From a virus (Duplodnaviria > Caudoviricetes), in the IMG/VR virus record IMGVR_UViG_3300021185_002499, positions 1-63,462 of that record: a stretch of DNA of 63,462 bases; one strand, written 5' to 3'. The translations under genes and the position numbers were made by a program. The notes under the pieces were generated by a model. The model did no database searches, had not been told where the DNA came from, and saw nothing but the letters and a program-made list of their open reading frames with translations. This document shows, one piece after another, positions 35,401-47,100 of the stretch (its first letter is position 1; every line of letters begins with the position of its first letter).

Positions 35401-38400
35401 CAATTGCGCTATTTTTACTAAATTTAAAAGACACAGGGCGGCCAACCTTTAAACTTATTTGATCAATAAAATTATCAGAAATTGGAATGCCTTGCAGTTC
35501 CGCTATAGCTTGTGCTTTTTCTAAAACCTTAGGATCAGAAACAACTTCCATAGTAGCATCAAAAGCAAAGGCTTCCGCCACCGCCTCAACTATTGCTGTT
35601 TTTCTTGCACCTTTTGTTGACCCACCAACATCATTACCTAAAAAATATTTAATAAATTCAGCTTTTGAAATTTTCTTTTTAGTAAATACTTTATTTCCTT
35701 CTGCGGTACGCTCACGTAATTGTTTTCCTTCTTTATCTAATACAGGCTCAGCAAAATCTTTTAATCTTTTATTAAAAATAGATTGAGGCAAAGCTTCATA
35801 TATTGATTCAAAATTATTAGCAAGAAAAGATCTATAATCTTCACCTTTACCAAATAATTTAGAAATAGGTTTTTTAAGTTCTGTTCTAAAACTTTTTTCT
35901 AATTCTTTTTTAAAAGTTTTTTCGGTAACATTTGGTAACTTTGTACCAAAAGTTTTTCTTACAGCATCAAATACTACCGGCTTTATTTCATCGCTAATAT
36001 TCATTTTTTTACGTAAGCTTTGCAGTTCTTTAGTTGGTTTTTCTTCAACTATTTCACTTGTCTCTTCTGTTGTTGTATCAGTAACAGCTTTAGCTTCTGT
36101 AACATCTAGTTTAAACTCTGTATCTAATATACGATTGGCCGCTTCAATAGATCTGTTAGCTAATTGACCTTGCACGTATGTATTTAAAGTAGCTCCTTTA
36201 GAAGGATCATATGCATTGATAAGATCTAACAAACCGCGTTTTCCAATTTCAATTTCACTTTGAAGTAGCTCAAAATCAAAGCCGGGTACATCTCTGTATT
36301 TATTTGTAAGTCTTGTAGTTAATGGCTTATAAGCTTCAATTATTTCAAACGCGCCATCTTTACCTTTTTCTTCATATATTTTTTGAACTTTATTTGGAGG
36401 TATTTTTCGAGATTCTTTTCTTACTATTCCTTGTGTCTGTTCTTTTTCATCACCTATTAATTCTTTAGATAATTCTTTTTCAATAATACTTCCTTCAAGC
36501 TTATCAAATCCTTGAGCTATTCTTATTTGTTCCTTAGTAAGAGTACCTTTATCTACACTTTTATTTATGTCTCTTATAAAGTCAATTACATCTTGCCCTG
36601 TATTAAATTTTGTTTTTATTCCAAAAGTCTGCATAACAGATCTTATTCCATCTGATATTTTATCTTCATTTAACGTTATATCTCCTGATTTTAATGCATC
36701 AGAAAACAAAGTTAAAGCCTCTTCCGCTGCCTGAGAGCTGCTTACATCGGGGTCTTGTAAATATTCTTTTAATCTTTCTCTATATATTGAGTTATTTATT
36801 TGGTCAATATCTATTTTATTTAATTCTTCATTTAAAGCTATTGCTAGTTTTTTAGAAGCAGCTGGATTTTCTTTTAATGCTTTAAATAGTAAAGCATGCA
36901 TAAATTCATGATTTGCCACATTAACCCCCTCAGCGGTTTTAGATGCTTGACTAGAGTTTATTACTATTGTTTGCTTATCTGTATTTGGGTCTTGTATTAT
37001 AAAACCATAATCACTAGATTGTTTTTTAAGTCTATTTTTATCGTCTGTGTTTAAATACCCTTGTTTATCTAAAAATTCGTTTATTTGCTCTTCATTATCA
37101 AATTTTTCTATTTCTAAATTATCAACATATTGAGCCGCTCTTTTTACTTTTTCTGTTTGTTTAGTTAGCTCTTCAGCATTTTTTCTTATATTAAATATTC
37201 CTGTTTGGGCCTCAGCTATTCTTTGCTCAAGACCAAGTAATATTTCTTTTTTTGTATTGTTATCTAATGATGTATCATTATTTACCGCACGAGCTGTTTT
37301 ATTAGTTTGTTGTATTATTTCAGCTTTAGAGTTAATTTCTTTAATTTGATCATCAGTTAAAGAAAATAATATTTGATTATTTTTTTCAACATTTGATTTT
37401 ATTTCAGATATTAATTTATTTTGCTGTTCAGATATGCTATTAATAGACTCTTCCGAAAGCCCCTTTTTAAGTTTTGCTCTTTCTAAATCACCAATTTTAG
37501 TAATTTTTTTTCTTAAAGCAGAATAATCATCTTTATTTCTTAAATTAGCAGCACTTTTTATTCCTTTTGCTCCAAGCACAATGCCTGTTGATCCAAAAGC
37601 TCCTTGCAAAAAACTTTCATAACCTTCTTTAGAAGTCATAAACTTCCAAGCTTCTGCTTCCGCTTCTTGTTGAGTCTTACCCTCAGCTAGTGATGTGTTT
37701 ATTGTTTCTAAACCTACATCTACCCATTCTTGTGTGCCGTTAAATCCGGTTGTAAAAGTAAGGTCTATTATATTTTTTGTAATAGATGGGTTAGTTCCTA
37801 AAATAGATTTAGAAAGCCTATCTAGTCCAATTTTTTCTAATTTATATCTAAGTGCACCTATAGTTAATGGGGTTACTACATCAAACATGCCGCTTGCCTG
37901 TAGCTGTTCTAAATTCATGCCTTTTGTTTGCGCTAATATTCTATTATGTTCGGCAATAGTTTGACCTATTATTTCAACCCCTAATCCAACCCCTCCAGTA
38001 GAAGCGGATAAGATAGCACTAGAACCAACATTCATTATAGCATTAATTGCACCCCCCGCGCCATACGCTATATTTTTACCAATACTTTCATTTTTTGAAA
38101 TATCAGTAAAACCAAATGCAGGTTTTGTTAAAGTAGCATATTTTTTAAGTTTAGCTTCTTGCTTACCTAATTCAACTCTATTGTGTTTTAAAACTTTATT
38201 ACCAAACTCTTCACCAAATATATTGTAGGCTATATCTGTATCAGATAAAACCATATGATATAGATACTGACCATAATCATCTATTTGAGCAAATCTATTC
38301 ATAGCTTGTCCTGTACTATTAGCTATAGATTGCATTAAAGTTTTAGGTTTTTCTGGCGCTTCTTTTCTTCGCTCTATTTCAGCTTTAGATATTCTTTGAG

Positions 38401-38851
38401 TTTCTTCAAAAGCGGTTATAGGCTTTAATTCTCCTGCACTCTTTTTTTCTATTTCAGGTATTCCAAAATCAGTTAATATATTTCTAGCAACTTCTGACTC
38501 TTTTTTAGAGTACTCATCAGCTGTTACAATAACTTCTTCTAGCGGAACACTTGTTATAGCCCAACCCCCCTTTTCAAAAGGCTGGCCTGTTAAAAGAATT
38601 TCACCTTTTTCTGTAAAACCCGAAGAAGTAACTCCCGGCTTGGAATCCGTATTGGGCGCTGCATTTCCCTCCACAACCGCACCCGGTATTGTGGGGTCTG
38701 TCTTTCCCGGCTTTTTAGTTGATTCTCTATTATCAATTAATCCGCTTTCTTTAGAAGCTTTATCTATATAAGAATCAATATCCATACCAGATGCTTCTGC
38801 AGCTTTTTGTATCTGCTCTAGAGTGTATTCTTTTTCGTTTAGTTCAAACAT
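32489..38851 (-). CDS. 2120-aa multidomain putative injected virion protein (metallopeptidase motif plus sigma-70 region-2-like domain)
   Basis: Last of three genes after the tail genes (ejection-protein position). HEFMH..EE motif; GLLDLINAYDPSKGATLNTYV..L.NR sigma-like motif; helical C-terminus. Confidence 0.7.
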   Translation of the reverse strand: MFELNEKEYTLEQIQKAAEASGMDIDSYIDKASKESGLIDNRESTKKPGKTDPTIPGAVVEGNAAPNTDSKPGVTSSGFTEKGEILLTGQPFEKGGWAITSVPLEEVIVTADEYSKKESEVARNILTDFGIPEIEKKSAGELKPITAFEETQRISKAEIERRKEAPEKPKTLMQSIANSTGQAMNRFAQIDDYGQYLYHMVLSDTDIAYNIFGEEFGNKVLKHNRVELGKQEAKLKKYATLTKPAFGFTDISKNESIGKNIAYGAGGAINAIMNVGSSAILSASTGGVGLGVEIIGQTIAEHNRILAQTKGMNLEQLQASGMFDVVTPLTIGALRYKLEKIGLDRLSKSILGTNPSITKNIIDLTFTTGFNGTQEWVDVGLETINTSLAEGKTQQEAEAEAWKFMTSKEGYESFLQGAFGSTGIVLGAKGIKSAANLRNKDDYSALRKKITKIGDLERAKLKKGLSEESINSISEQQNKLISEIKSNVEKNNQILFSLTDDQIKEINSKAEIIQQTNKTARAVNNDTSLDNNTKKEILLGLEQRIAEAQTGIFNIRKNAEELTKQTEKVKRAAQYVDNLEIEKFDNEEQINEFLDKQGYLNTDDKNRLKKQSSDYGFIIQDPNTDKQTIVINSSQASKTAEGVNVANHEFMHALLFKALKENPAASKKLAIALNEELNKIDIDQINNSIYRERLKEYLQDPDVSSSQAAEEALTLFSDALKSGDITLNEDKISDGIRSVMQTFGIKTKFNTGQDVIDFIRDINKSVDKGTLTKEQIRIAQGFDKLEGSIIEKELSKELIGDEKEQTQGIVRKESRKIPPNKVQKIYEEKGKDGAFEIIEAYKPLTTRLTNKYRDVPGFDFELLQSEIEIGKRGLLDLINAYDPSKGATLNTYVQGQLANRSIEAANRILDTEFKLDVTEAKAVTDTTTEETSEIVEEKPTKELQSLRKKMNISDEIKPVVFDAVRKTFGTKLPNVTEKTFKKELEKSFRTELKKPISKLFGKGEDYRSFLANNFESIYEALPQSIFNKRLKDFAEPVLDKEGKQLRERTAEGNKVFTKKKISKAEFIKYFLGNDVGGSTKGARKTAIVEAVAEAFAFDATMEVVSDPKVLEKAQAIAELQGIPISDNFIDQISLKVGRPVSFKFSKNSAIAFANKNNIEYYDLNSEKNINRYFDSIKRIAERLDYPTGLFSPSMMALDKERYYGLDLYARKKFNELKIVLGKNKLYSKVPANHSAKFTGKLETIRKKATKEAISIYNQKVDIMFTDFWNFINKVSNDLEYKKDLLAIYYMLEASTNEKAHPHRMGAKIASIDNINNGKAEWEHAVPNVWAFNFLINASLDKNINFQKALKALKDNYTLIALSIKDNAKLREYTSSMPLINGKEWNVYNDFWWQRYLNPEIAKINNGINPNNQKWLLESENPFEKYNSKGVQIKFSKSLSTDFNKFLELSSGVEFAKEYSADKASIIGKGKGKYKFFVPYSAEDFVGLLYTTLARKEKGDQQMQFYKDNLLTPFAKAIRQFETDKQMSMNAWAELKKRINNTPAKLGKTNETGYTNEQVVRLYIWNKQDTLPEGSSRQDVNEVIKFINKNEALKDFANQLITLAPPGEYSNPSGNWMEGTITTDMLSYVNQVKRSEYMSEWIDNVEEIFGEFKQGKLEGPNINKLRALYGKEYIESLTDILYRMKDGRNRRKGGNKLERAWLEWVNGSVGSIMFLNARSALLQTISAVNFINFTDNNPLMAAKSFANQKQFWDDFGFLFNSDFLKQRRAGLKTDVNADEIASAASTADNKVRAAFNAILKFGFLPTQMADSFAIAVGGASFYRNRLNRYVKEGMEPKAAQEQAFLDFAETAEESQQSSRPDRISMQQASSLGRVILAFANTPMQYARLTKKAMKDLIAGRGDWKTNVSKLMYYSVIQNIVFSALQQALFALLFSDEEDEKEKDRLWNIANGSMDTLLRGTGLYGAIASTSKNVILEIIKQNKAKRTDYTKAVMKATSLSPPINSKLNKLNSAAKAFTYRQDKEKMRTEGFSLDNPAFLAGGRIVSALTNLPADRAIMKADHLKTAMESETELWQSIALALGYSEWDLGMIEKNTKKPSKAKTFIKTKKFKTGLKTKKFKRK

Positions 38852-38861
38852 GTTATTATAT

Positions 38862-40205
38862 TTAATTAAATGTTGGTAATCCTAATATATCACTAGGTGT
38901 AATATCATTATTTTTAGTATTAAAAAGATCAGGTCTTTCTTTCACCCATTTTCTAGCTGCTATTAACATTTTACTTTTTTCTGAAGAAGTGTGAATATTT
39001 TGCGTTATTACAGTCTCTATAAAGCTCATATAATCAGACGCATTTTTTAAATCATATTTTTCAGGTTCTATAGGATTACCATCATCATCATTTCCAAACG
39101 TTAAAGTGATTATTTTATTAACCTTATCATATTGTATAGGCGTATTACGACTAACTTCTTTAAATTGAGAAACTGGATCTTTAAGAATATTCTCTGCTAT
39201 TTCTTCTCCCATTAACTCAAAATCGTTCTTCTTTTCAGTATCAGCTGGATCCGGTTTAAACCAGTTTTTATACGTTTTTTGAGCAGCCTGTTTTAGTTGG
39301 CCTTTAAGCCATTCGTTTAATTCATCTTCAGTATTAATGCCATCGCCGTTTAAATCCGCACCAGCTAAATCAGCCTCTGTTTTTCCTAACTGATCATAAG
39401 CAATAGATCTTGCTTGATCTTTTGTAAACTTTAAGCCTCCTACATAATTTTCCATTTCTGAATTAAATTGACTTTGAGTCAATCCTTTTGTAGCCATATT
39501 TTTAGCGGCAGAATGCAGATTTTCTTGTGTTTCTTTAAATCCTTTCCAATCTTGAAGAATTGGTTTGTGCATTTTTTCAAGCTCATCTAAAGGTATAACA
39601 ATAGATTCTCCCTGCTTGTAGTTCTTAACCATTTCTTTAAAATCAGGATCCTCAGGGTTATCTTTATCAAATCTATCCATGCTAATAACCGCATTGTCTC
39701 CAATAATACTATACCCATCAGGGTCGTGCTTTATATTATCAAAGTGTGTAACAAACCCACTATTAGCTTTACTTAGTAAATCACCAGAGTCCAAATATTC
39801 TTCATCAGCTTTGTATAACTGTATGCTTCTTTGACGCATTCGGCTGATAGGCTCGTTAACACGCTCTTGTATTTGAAGACTTCTTTCTGCTTCTGAAAGA
39901 TTTGAATCATTAATGATTGATCTAGCAATATTTCTCACTTCGTGCATACTCATAGTTGCACTTGCTAAAAGTTTAGGGTGAACTTTTTCAAAATCATATG
40001 ATTCAATAGACTTTACTAATCTTGCGTTAACTTCCTCTTTTTCTTTTAAAGCTTTTTGATTAGCGGCGGCCTCCATCGCATTTCTCTTATTCTGCATTAA
40101 AGCGGCTCGCTCTCCTCTTATAACGGCTGGCCTTACAGCTTTCGCTAAATCTAACGGGCGGCCACCACCCATTGCTTGTCCAATTAATTTTGTATCTATT
40201 GCCAT
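38862..40205 (-). CDS. Putative internal virion / ejection protein
   Basis: Position, helical composition, DLNGDG loop. Confidence 0.55.
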   Translation of the reverse strand: MAIDTKLIGQAMGGGRPLDLAKAVRPAVIRGERAALMQNKRNAMEAAANQKALKEKEEVNARLVKSIESYDFEKVHPKLLASATMSMHEVRNIARSIINDSNLSEAERSLQIQERVNEPISRMRQRSIQLYKADEEYLDSGDLLSKANSGFVTHFDNIKHDPDGYSIIGDNAVISMDRFDKDNPEDPDFKEMVKNYKQGESIVIPLDELEKMHKPILQDWKGFKETQENLHSAAKNMATKGLTQSQFNSEMENYVGGLKFTKDQARSIAYDQLGKTEADLAGADLNGDGINTEDELNEWLKGQLKQAAQKTYKNWFKPDPADTEKKNDFELMGEEIAENILKDPVSQFKEVSRNTPIQYDKVNKIITLTFGNDDDGNPIEPEKYDLKNASDYMSFIETVITQNIHTSSEKSKMLIAARKWVKERPDLFNTKNNDITPSDILGLPTFN

Positions 40206-40216
40206 AATATTTTATT

Positions 40217-40864
40217 TTACCCAATGCCTGTCACAACCCTAGCGGCTCCAACTCCAATGTTTGCAATTCCCCCTACTAAACCTTCAGTTGCTTGTTTTCT
40301 AGCCTCATCTGCAGTTGCTTTTCTAGCCGCAGCTGTTTCGTACATTTGTTCTGTTCTGCTAAATTGCTTATTCTGCAAGTCAGCAGCGCCTCTAGCTTGT
40401 GCTGCTTCTAAGTTTTGTTGGCCTTGTGCTCTTGCCATTTGATTACGAGACTCTTGTTGACCTATATTTGCTGCAGACTGCTGTAGATTAGCTGAGGATT
40501 GTTGAGCAAGTGTTTGCGCTAAAGCAGCAATACCTGAGCCTCCTGCTGTGCTTCTTAACGACCCTAAGGTTCCAGCTAGAGCCTGTTGTTGTTGTTGCGC
40601 AGCAAAATCAGAAGCTTGAGTGCTTACTTTTAAATCTTCAAAAGCGTTAGTCATATTTGCTGTAGTATCTTCAAATTGAAACTGCTCATAAGCCTGCCTT
40701 TGTTTTCGTAAATCCGCCTTTGCTTCTCTCTGCTCTCGCCTTCTAGCTCCACCGCCTATGATACCGCCCGCAACGCCAGCTAATCCTTCCGCAATTTGAC
40801 CAAAAGCTCCTGGATCTGATTTTGCTACTTTCCCTAAAGATTGTCCAAAAGATTGTTCTTCCAT
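40217..40864 (-). CDS. Putative ejection (pilot) protein
   Basis: A/Q/G-rich with Gly-rich hydrophobic ends, as in podovirus ejection proteins. Confidence 0.65.
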   Translation of the reverse strand: MEEQSFGQSLGKVAKSDPGAFGQIAEGLAGVAGGIIGGGARRREQREAKADLRKQRQAYEQFQFEDTTANMTNAFEDLKVSTQASDFAAQQQQQALAGTLGSLRSTAGGSGIAALAQTLAQQSSANLQQSAANIGQQESRNQMARAQGQQNLEAAQARGAADLQNKQFSRTEQMYETAAARKATADEARKQATEGLVGGIANIGVGAARVVTGIG

Positions 40865-40866
40865 AA

Positions 40867-41190
40867 TTAATTACTGCTTAAATGTGCTTCTGTATTTACT
40901 GCAAATAGTTCAACTTTATCTGTTGATGTATTTATTAGTTTTACATTGGCATAATAGCCAATAATACCAGAACTGTTAATTTTATTGTTTTTTCCAAAGA
41001 ATATATAAGACTCTTCGGTAGGCCTAATAGCCTTATCCTCAATATCTGCTACAAAACTTTTTCTGTCTGTAGCTATTGATTTACATTCACCTACAACTGA
41101 AGTTTTACTGTTCAGCTGCTGATATATAATATCACCTGTTTGTAGTGAAGAATTAAGTTTATTTGTAAACGTTATAGTTATATCTGCCAT
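40867..41190 (-). CDS. Tail-associated protein
   Basis: Small beta-rich ORF directly after the tail gene. Confidence 0.55.
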   Translation of the reverse strand: MADITITFTNKLNSSLQTGDIIYQQLNSKTSVVGECKSIATDRKSFVADIEDKAIRPTEESYIFFGKNNKINSSGIIGYYANVKLINTSTDKVELFAVNTEAHLSSN

Positions 41191-41192
41191 AA

Positions 41193-44100
41193 TTATAATT
41201 TAAAATTCATATTGCCACTATCCCAATCATTTCCCCGTGTAACAATAGGTATTTCAATTTTCAAAGTATCTGGTATATTTTTTATAAAATTTGTAATATT
41301 ACCAGAAAAAGAAGTATTATTTAATAAGTGATCTTTATTAACTGTCATTATTACTTTATCTACTGTTGTAATTGAAGGCTTTTTAGAATCGTCAAATGAA
41401 AATATATTTATACCACCTTGCCGTGTTATTTTAGCATTTGTTGCTGTATAATTATCAATTATTTTGTAACCATTTTCATAAAATACATTTATTTTATTTA
41501 CATAATCAGAATCTAAATAAAATGTCGCTTCTGATATGCCTTCTGGAAAAATTCTATATTGATAAGATGGCTTTTTACGATATGGAATAGGTGGAACCCA
41601 AACTAAAGGCTGGCTATATTGTTTACCAACATTATTTTCTATCCAAAATTGAAAAGCTATAATTTCTGTTTCATTTGATTGATTATATGAATCTTTAAGT
41701 TCATACGATATATTATTACCATTTTTAGTAAAATATTTATTTTTATAACCTTTATCATAAAAAAGAACCTCAAACCCCGTTTTTTGAAGATCAAATGAAT
41801 AAATTGAAAGACCTATGTTAGAAAAAGAATCCGTATTAGAAATTACAGCATTTATTTTTAAATCAACTTCTCCGTACCCGGTAACATTTTGCATATCCAA
41901 TGGCTGCATTGTTATTGCAGGAAGCACTAATGATTTGTTTGTAGTAAATGTTAAAATTTCATTACTATAACCATAACCACCTGAATTTTTAGCATAAGAT
42001 CTAAAAGAATACGTTGTATTTTCTGCTAACCCAGAAATTGCTTTTGAAAAATTACCTGAAAAATCAGTTGTATCAGCAATTTTAACCCCAGCGTAATTTA
42101 TATCAAAGTTAGCTGTATTTAAACCGGTTCCTGCAAAATATATAAACCCAGACTCTGTAACCGAAGAATTACCTCCAGATATTATTTCTCCATTTAGTAT
42201 TCCAGAATTTTCAGTTAAAGATGTTGCTGCTGATATATCTACCGAGGGCACAATAGAATCTTCTAATGTAAATGTTTTAATGTCTCCGTAAGAATATCCC
42301 TTTTCTCCTTCACCAAATGCTCTGTATCTATAATTAATGTTAGTTAATAAATTGTCTACTGTCTTATTAAACGCGCCAGTGTTTTGTCCGCCAATGCTAA
42401 AAATAAAGTCGCTGTTTATAATGTCAGGAATTCCTTGTGCTGATAATACAAATCCTTTGCCGAATAATGTAGCTCCATTAATGTTTGTTATATTACCGTT
42501 TAACTCAACACTGCTATTTGTTTTATCGGTAGCGTCATTAGTTACAACAGTCGGCAAACCAAATGTTTGAGTAGTTATACTTTTTGAAGTGCCATAATAT
42601 ATTGTAGTGCCAATTCCTTGCCAGTTGTTTTTTAAAGTAACTCCATAGGGATACACTTTTGCGTTATTGTCTGAAATATAAGGAATTGCACTAGCTGTAT
42701 TACCTTTTATCCAAGCAAAAGCTTTATAGTAATATGTAGTGTCAGGGCTTAAGTTGTATATACTAGAATTGCCAGTAACTGCAGTACCTACGTTGTTATC
42801 AAAAACAAACATTTTTGTGTCTGAAGGTAGTGTAAAATCTTGATTAAAAGAAGGATTGCTGTTTTGGTCTGAAACTAAAACTCCATAAGATATATAATCG
42901 GTATTTATTTTAGAAGTGTTAGTCAAAACCGCTCCAAAATCAGCTTTATATCCTTCCTGCCAATTACCAACTTGTAAATTGCTAGATAAACTATTTTTCT
43001 TAATATAGCTAGAGTTATTAGCTGTTGTTGTTGTCACCCCTAGAGATATAGATTTATTATAAACTATAGGCACTTGTATTGTGTCTGAATAGCCAACGTT
43101 ATTTGATGTTTTGGTATTAGAAGCATATGCTTTTAAATAAAAAACAGGAGTGTGCTCATAAAGAGGATTTAAAGATGTCACTGCTCCACCGTCTTTTGTT
43201 ACAAATAAAGGCCCTGTGTGATCAGTTGGTTTCTGAACAGTTATTTTTATTGTAGCTCCATTAGTATCAACATTTAGACTAGGTATATTCATACTGCTGT
43301 ACCCATCAACATATTTACCTTTATTTATTGTATTAACAGGTAAGTTTATAGATCCGGTTAACCCATTAGGTACTTGATATATAGTGTCGTAAGTTACATT
43401 AACGTCTGCAATATCTGCTCCCCCAGAATAAGACAATTTTATTAAAGCTATAAAATAAGTGTATTCATTTTCTATTATTTGAATGCTATCAATTATTGGT
43501 TTTGTACCTTTATCAATTTTACTTTTATTTATCACAACATTTACTGATCCCCCACTAACTTCAATAACATCGTTTCCAAAAGAATAATATAAATCATCTA
43601 ACAATATTGCTCCATCTTCGTCTTCAAAAAATTTGTCTCCAGGCTGTGGATCATTAGGATCTCCATTTGTATAAACGGTGGTGGTCGTTGAAACATTATC
43701 AGATGCAGCATCTTTTTTGTCGTTAAAACCTACAGATATAACAATAGGTGTTATTTTCCTAATTGGGTCTGGAGCTTCTATAATAATGTCTAATCTTGCG
43801 TTTTCTGCTGTTGGAGTATATGGTATTCCGCAAACAATTTGTCCGGCGCTATTTACAGTAGCAGTAACCCCGCCGCTGCCAATTGTAATATTTGTTGCTG
43901 ATGTTGTTACAGAAATTGTACCTGCTCCGGTAAAAGTAAATCCATCTAATGGAACAATTGTTTTTGTGATTGTTTTAGCTACATTGACTTCAGCGTTATC
44001 AGAAAAAGAATCATTTAAGTTAGCATTACTACCTGCTGTAGATACATATGGAATGCTACCAACAGGGTTATCATCCGAGTCTTGTACGTAAATGTTTATT

Positions 44101-47100
44101 AAAGAATTAGATATAACTTTATTAGCAGCATCAAAGGTTGATGACGTTTTTGGTTTAAAAGTTACTGTTGAATCTGTTGAGGGGAATAAAACTGATTTAT
44201 TAATTTTAAAACCTACAAATATACTTTTATCATCATTTTCTTCATAAATTAAAGAATCAATATATTTAGATGTAACATCAGTAGAGTTTTCTTCTAAAAT
44301 AAAATTATCAGTTAAAAAAGTTTTTATATTAGTTGGCCTTTCAAAACTAAAACTAGATGTAGATATAAGTTTAAATAGCAAAAGATTAGTTGCGCTATCT
44401 CCTATTGATGATCCAGCATTACCTGTAACATCTATATCATTAGCAGATGAGTAGCTGTAATTTTTACCGCCTGGGACACTAAACGTAAATGTTAAAGTAA
44501 CTTGCTTACTTACTATATTGTCTATGTTCAAAACTATCTCTTGGTTGCCAACAAACTCTTCAACATACACATCTGCGGTCACTTTTAAATATCCTATATT
44601 TCCTGAAGTCAACACTTCATTTGTTAAATTAGAATACTTTATTATGTTAGCTTCTCCAGATATAGATACAAAGTCATCACTGATAATATCTCTAACTTCA
44701 TTCCATGAAACTCCTGCAGGTGGACCAATTTCCCATGAAACCGTTTTAATGCCATTGGAGCTTTCATCTTTATAACCTGTTATTACTTGAGTATTTGATG
44801 TAGAAGCTGGATATATTATACCGTTTGTAAAAACATAAGAAGTTGCTGATATTTTTATTTCGCTAATATCGTTTTGCTTCTGCTCTACTGAAAAAGGTTC
44901 ACCTAATTTAATGCCCGGAGCTGTGTCTGTATTGTCACCTGTATCTATTTGTACAGAAAGAGTTTTGTCATCAGTTGATGGTGGGGCAATGAAATCTACA
45001 TACGCTTCGCCCTCTTCTGGAATTATAGCTTTTTCACTTGCGATTAAATCTCCATCTTCATCAAGTAATAACACATCTACTTCCGCGCCTTCATCACCTA
45101 TTATTTCAACAGTAATTTCACCACCAATTAAAGGAATTACCGGTTCTAAAACTGTAAAGCCTTCTATTACAGGATTAGGTATTACTTTTTCAACAGCATC
45201 TAAAGATATTTCATAGTCAATGTTTGATTCATTAATCCCGTCAATTGAAACAAACTCTGTTACAGTAATGCTTCCATCATCATTTTTAATAGCTTCAAAA
45301 GTTGCTCTATTACTATTAGTAGTTATGTCATCTACAAATATGCTATACCCGTCGTCTGGAGTAATTTTTCTAATTACAGTTTGTACTTTCCTGTTTTTTG
45401 TATTATTTATAGTGTAATCGCCTGTATCAATATTTATAGAGCTATTTGTTAAAGTTGCATTATAACTTCCGGATACTGTAAAATCTTTTTCTTTAGCTTC
45501 ACCCTCAAAAGGTATTTCAAATATTTTATCAATACCATCCTCAACCGGCCCTGATTCATCACCTAAAGGTTTTCCATCACCGTTTGTAGATTCCACTTCA
45601 TCTATTATTATAGTATCGTTTTCTTTGAAGTTACTATCTTCATTTTTATTTTCAATTTCTTCTAACTCTTCTACTGGAATCTCTGCCACAAGGTTATCTC
45701 CATCTTTTGTCCAATCAATTCCAGATGTTTTAAAGTCGTCTGGATCTAATTCGTACCCATCAGTTGGCTGAATTTCTATTTTAGCTAAATCATTAGTGTC
45801 ATTAAATGAAATAATAGTTTCTTTTGTAAAAATACCATTTGTGTTTACTATCGGCTTATTACAGCTAAAACCAGCAATTGTTTTGGGTTTTAATTTTACT
45901 TTAAAAGTTTTCTGTTGCTTTTCTGATACTGAAGAAACATTGCTAGGCTTTCCAATACCTTGAACAGAGAAGTTTTTTAAATCAATATTTGATATTGTTT
46001 TTTCTTCCCCTTGTATATTGCTAAAGTATTTGTTTTCTTTTTCAACAAAGGATAAAGTAGTGCTAGTGTTTTGATCTGTTACTAGTTTAGCTTGCCAATC
46101 TTTTGTGCCTTCATAGCCTATAGTTCTAAATCGCTTAACTACAGAAGATTCTTGGTTCGCTACATATTGAATAGAAGACAAATATTGAACCCCATAAAAG
46201 TTGTTTCTTAAAGCTTTCTTAGAATCTTGTAAATATAATTCACCATTATTATATGTATAAAATTTACTATTTAAAGAAATCCCTGTGTCTGGGACGAATG
46301 ATTTTCTACTTGTCCAGCCTCCAGAAGCCTCGTCAAAACAAACAGTGTCTAAACATGGGATACTTACATTATAACATCTATTATACTCATCATAAGATCC
46401 TAAAAAAGTGTTATAAGTAGAAAGCCTATTGTTGAAAAAGTCAGACATTCCTGTATTTGATATGTCTGTAAGCCCATCCATAGATAACCTTAATATTGCA
46501 CCTCTAACTTTATCTACAAAATATACTCGATAACCATAAACAGCAAATGATTCTGGATTTAAACCAATACCATACTCCCCATTGAAAGGGATTGCTGAAC
46601 CTAACACAAGATTTGATGCTGATAGGTTGCTGGAGCCGTCAGCGTTATAAAGCATGTCCTTATCTGCTAAAACCTTTACAATTTTATCTTCACACAAGGC
46701 TATTAAATCACTGTCTCTACTATATAGTTTTTGAATACTACCATAAGAGGGTAGCAAGTTTTTGGTAATACTAAGGGCTTGTATAAATTGATTTGATTCG
46801 TTAACACCGTTTTTAGAGTTAATTATACCAGACCATATAAGTCCATTAGACACCCTGTCTTCTTTGTATTTTTCCTCAAGTGTTGTTGACACTCTAACCC
46901 CCTTACCTATAGTGGGGGCATTGAAATCGTCTCTTATTCTGTTTGATTCAACACCATTAAAATTAAAAGCATTATACCACCTTAAAGTTTGTTCTTTTCC
47001 GTGTTGCTCTATAGAATAACTGTCTTGAGTTTCGTAGTATAAGTCAAGGTCTGTTACGTTTTCTTTAGGCTCTGTTTCAAATATAGCTGGACTAAGACTG

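Noticed and set aside
32489-40205. Virion RNA polymerase as in crAss-like or N4 phages
   Set aside because: No DxDxD catalytic motif in a polymerase context was seen in the 2120-aa protein. DLNGDG (447-aa protein) and DLDGDG (98-aa membrane protein) look like Ca-binding loops.
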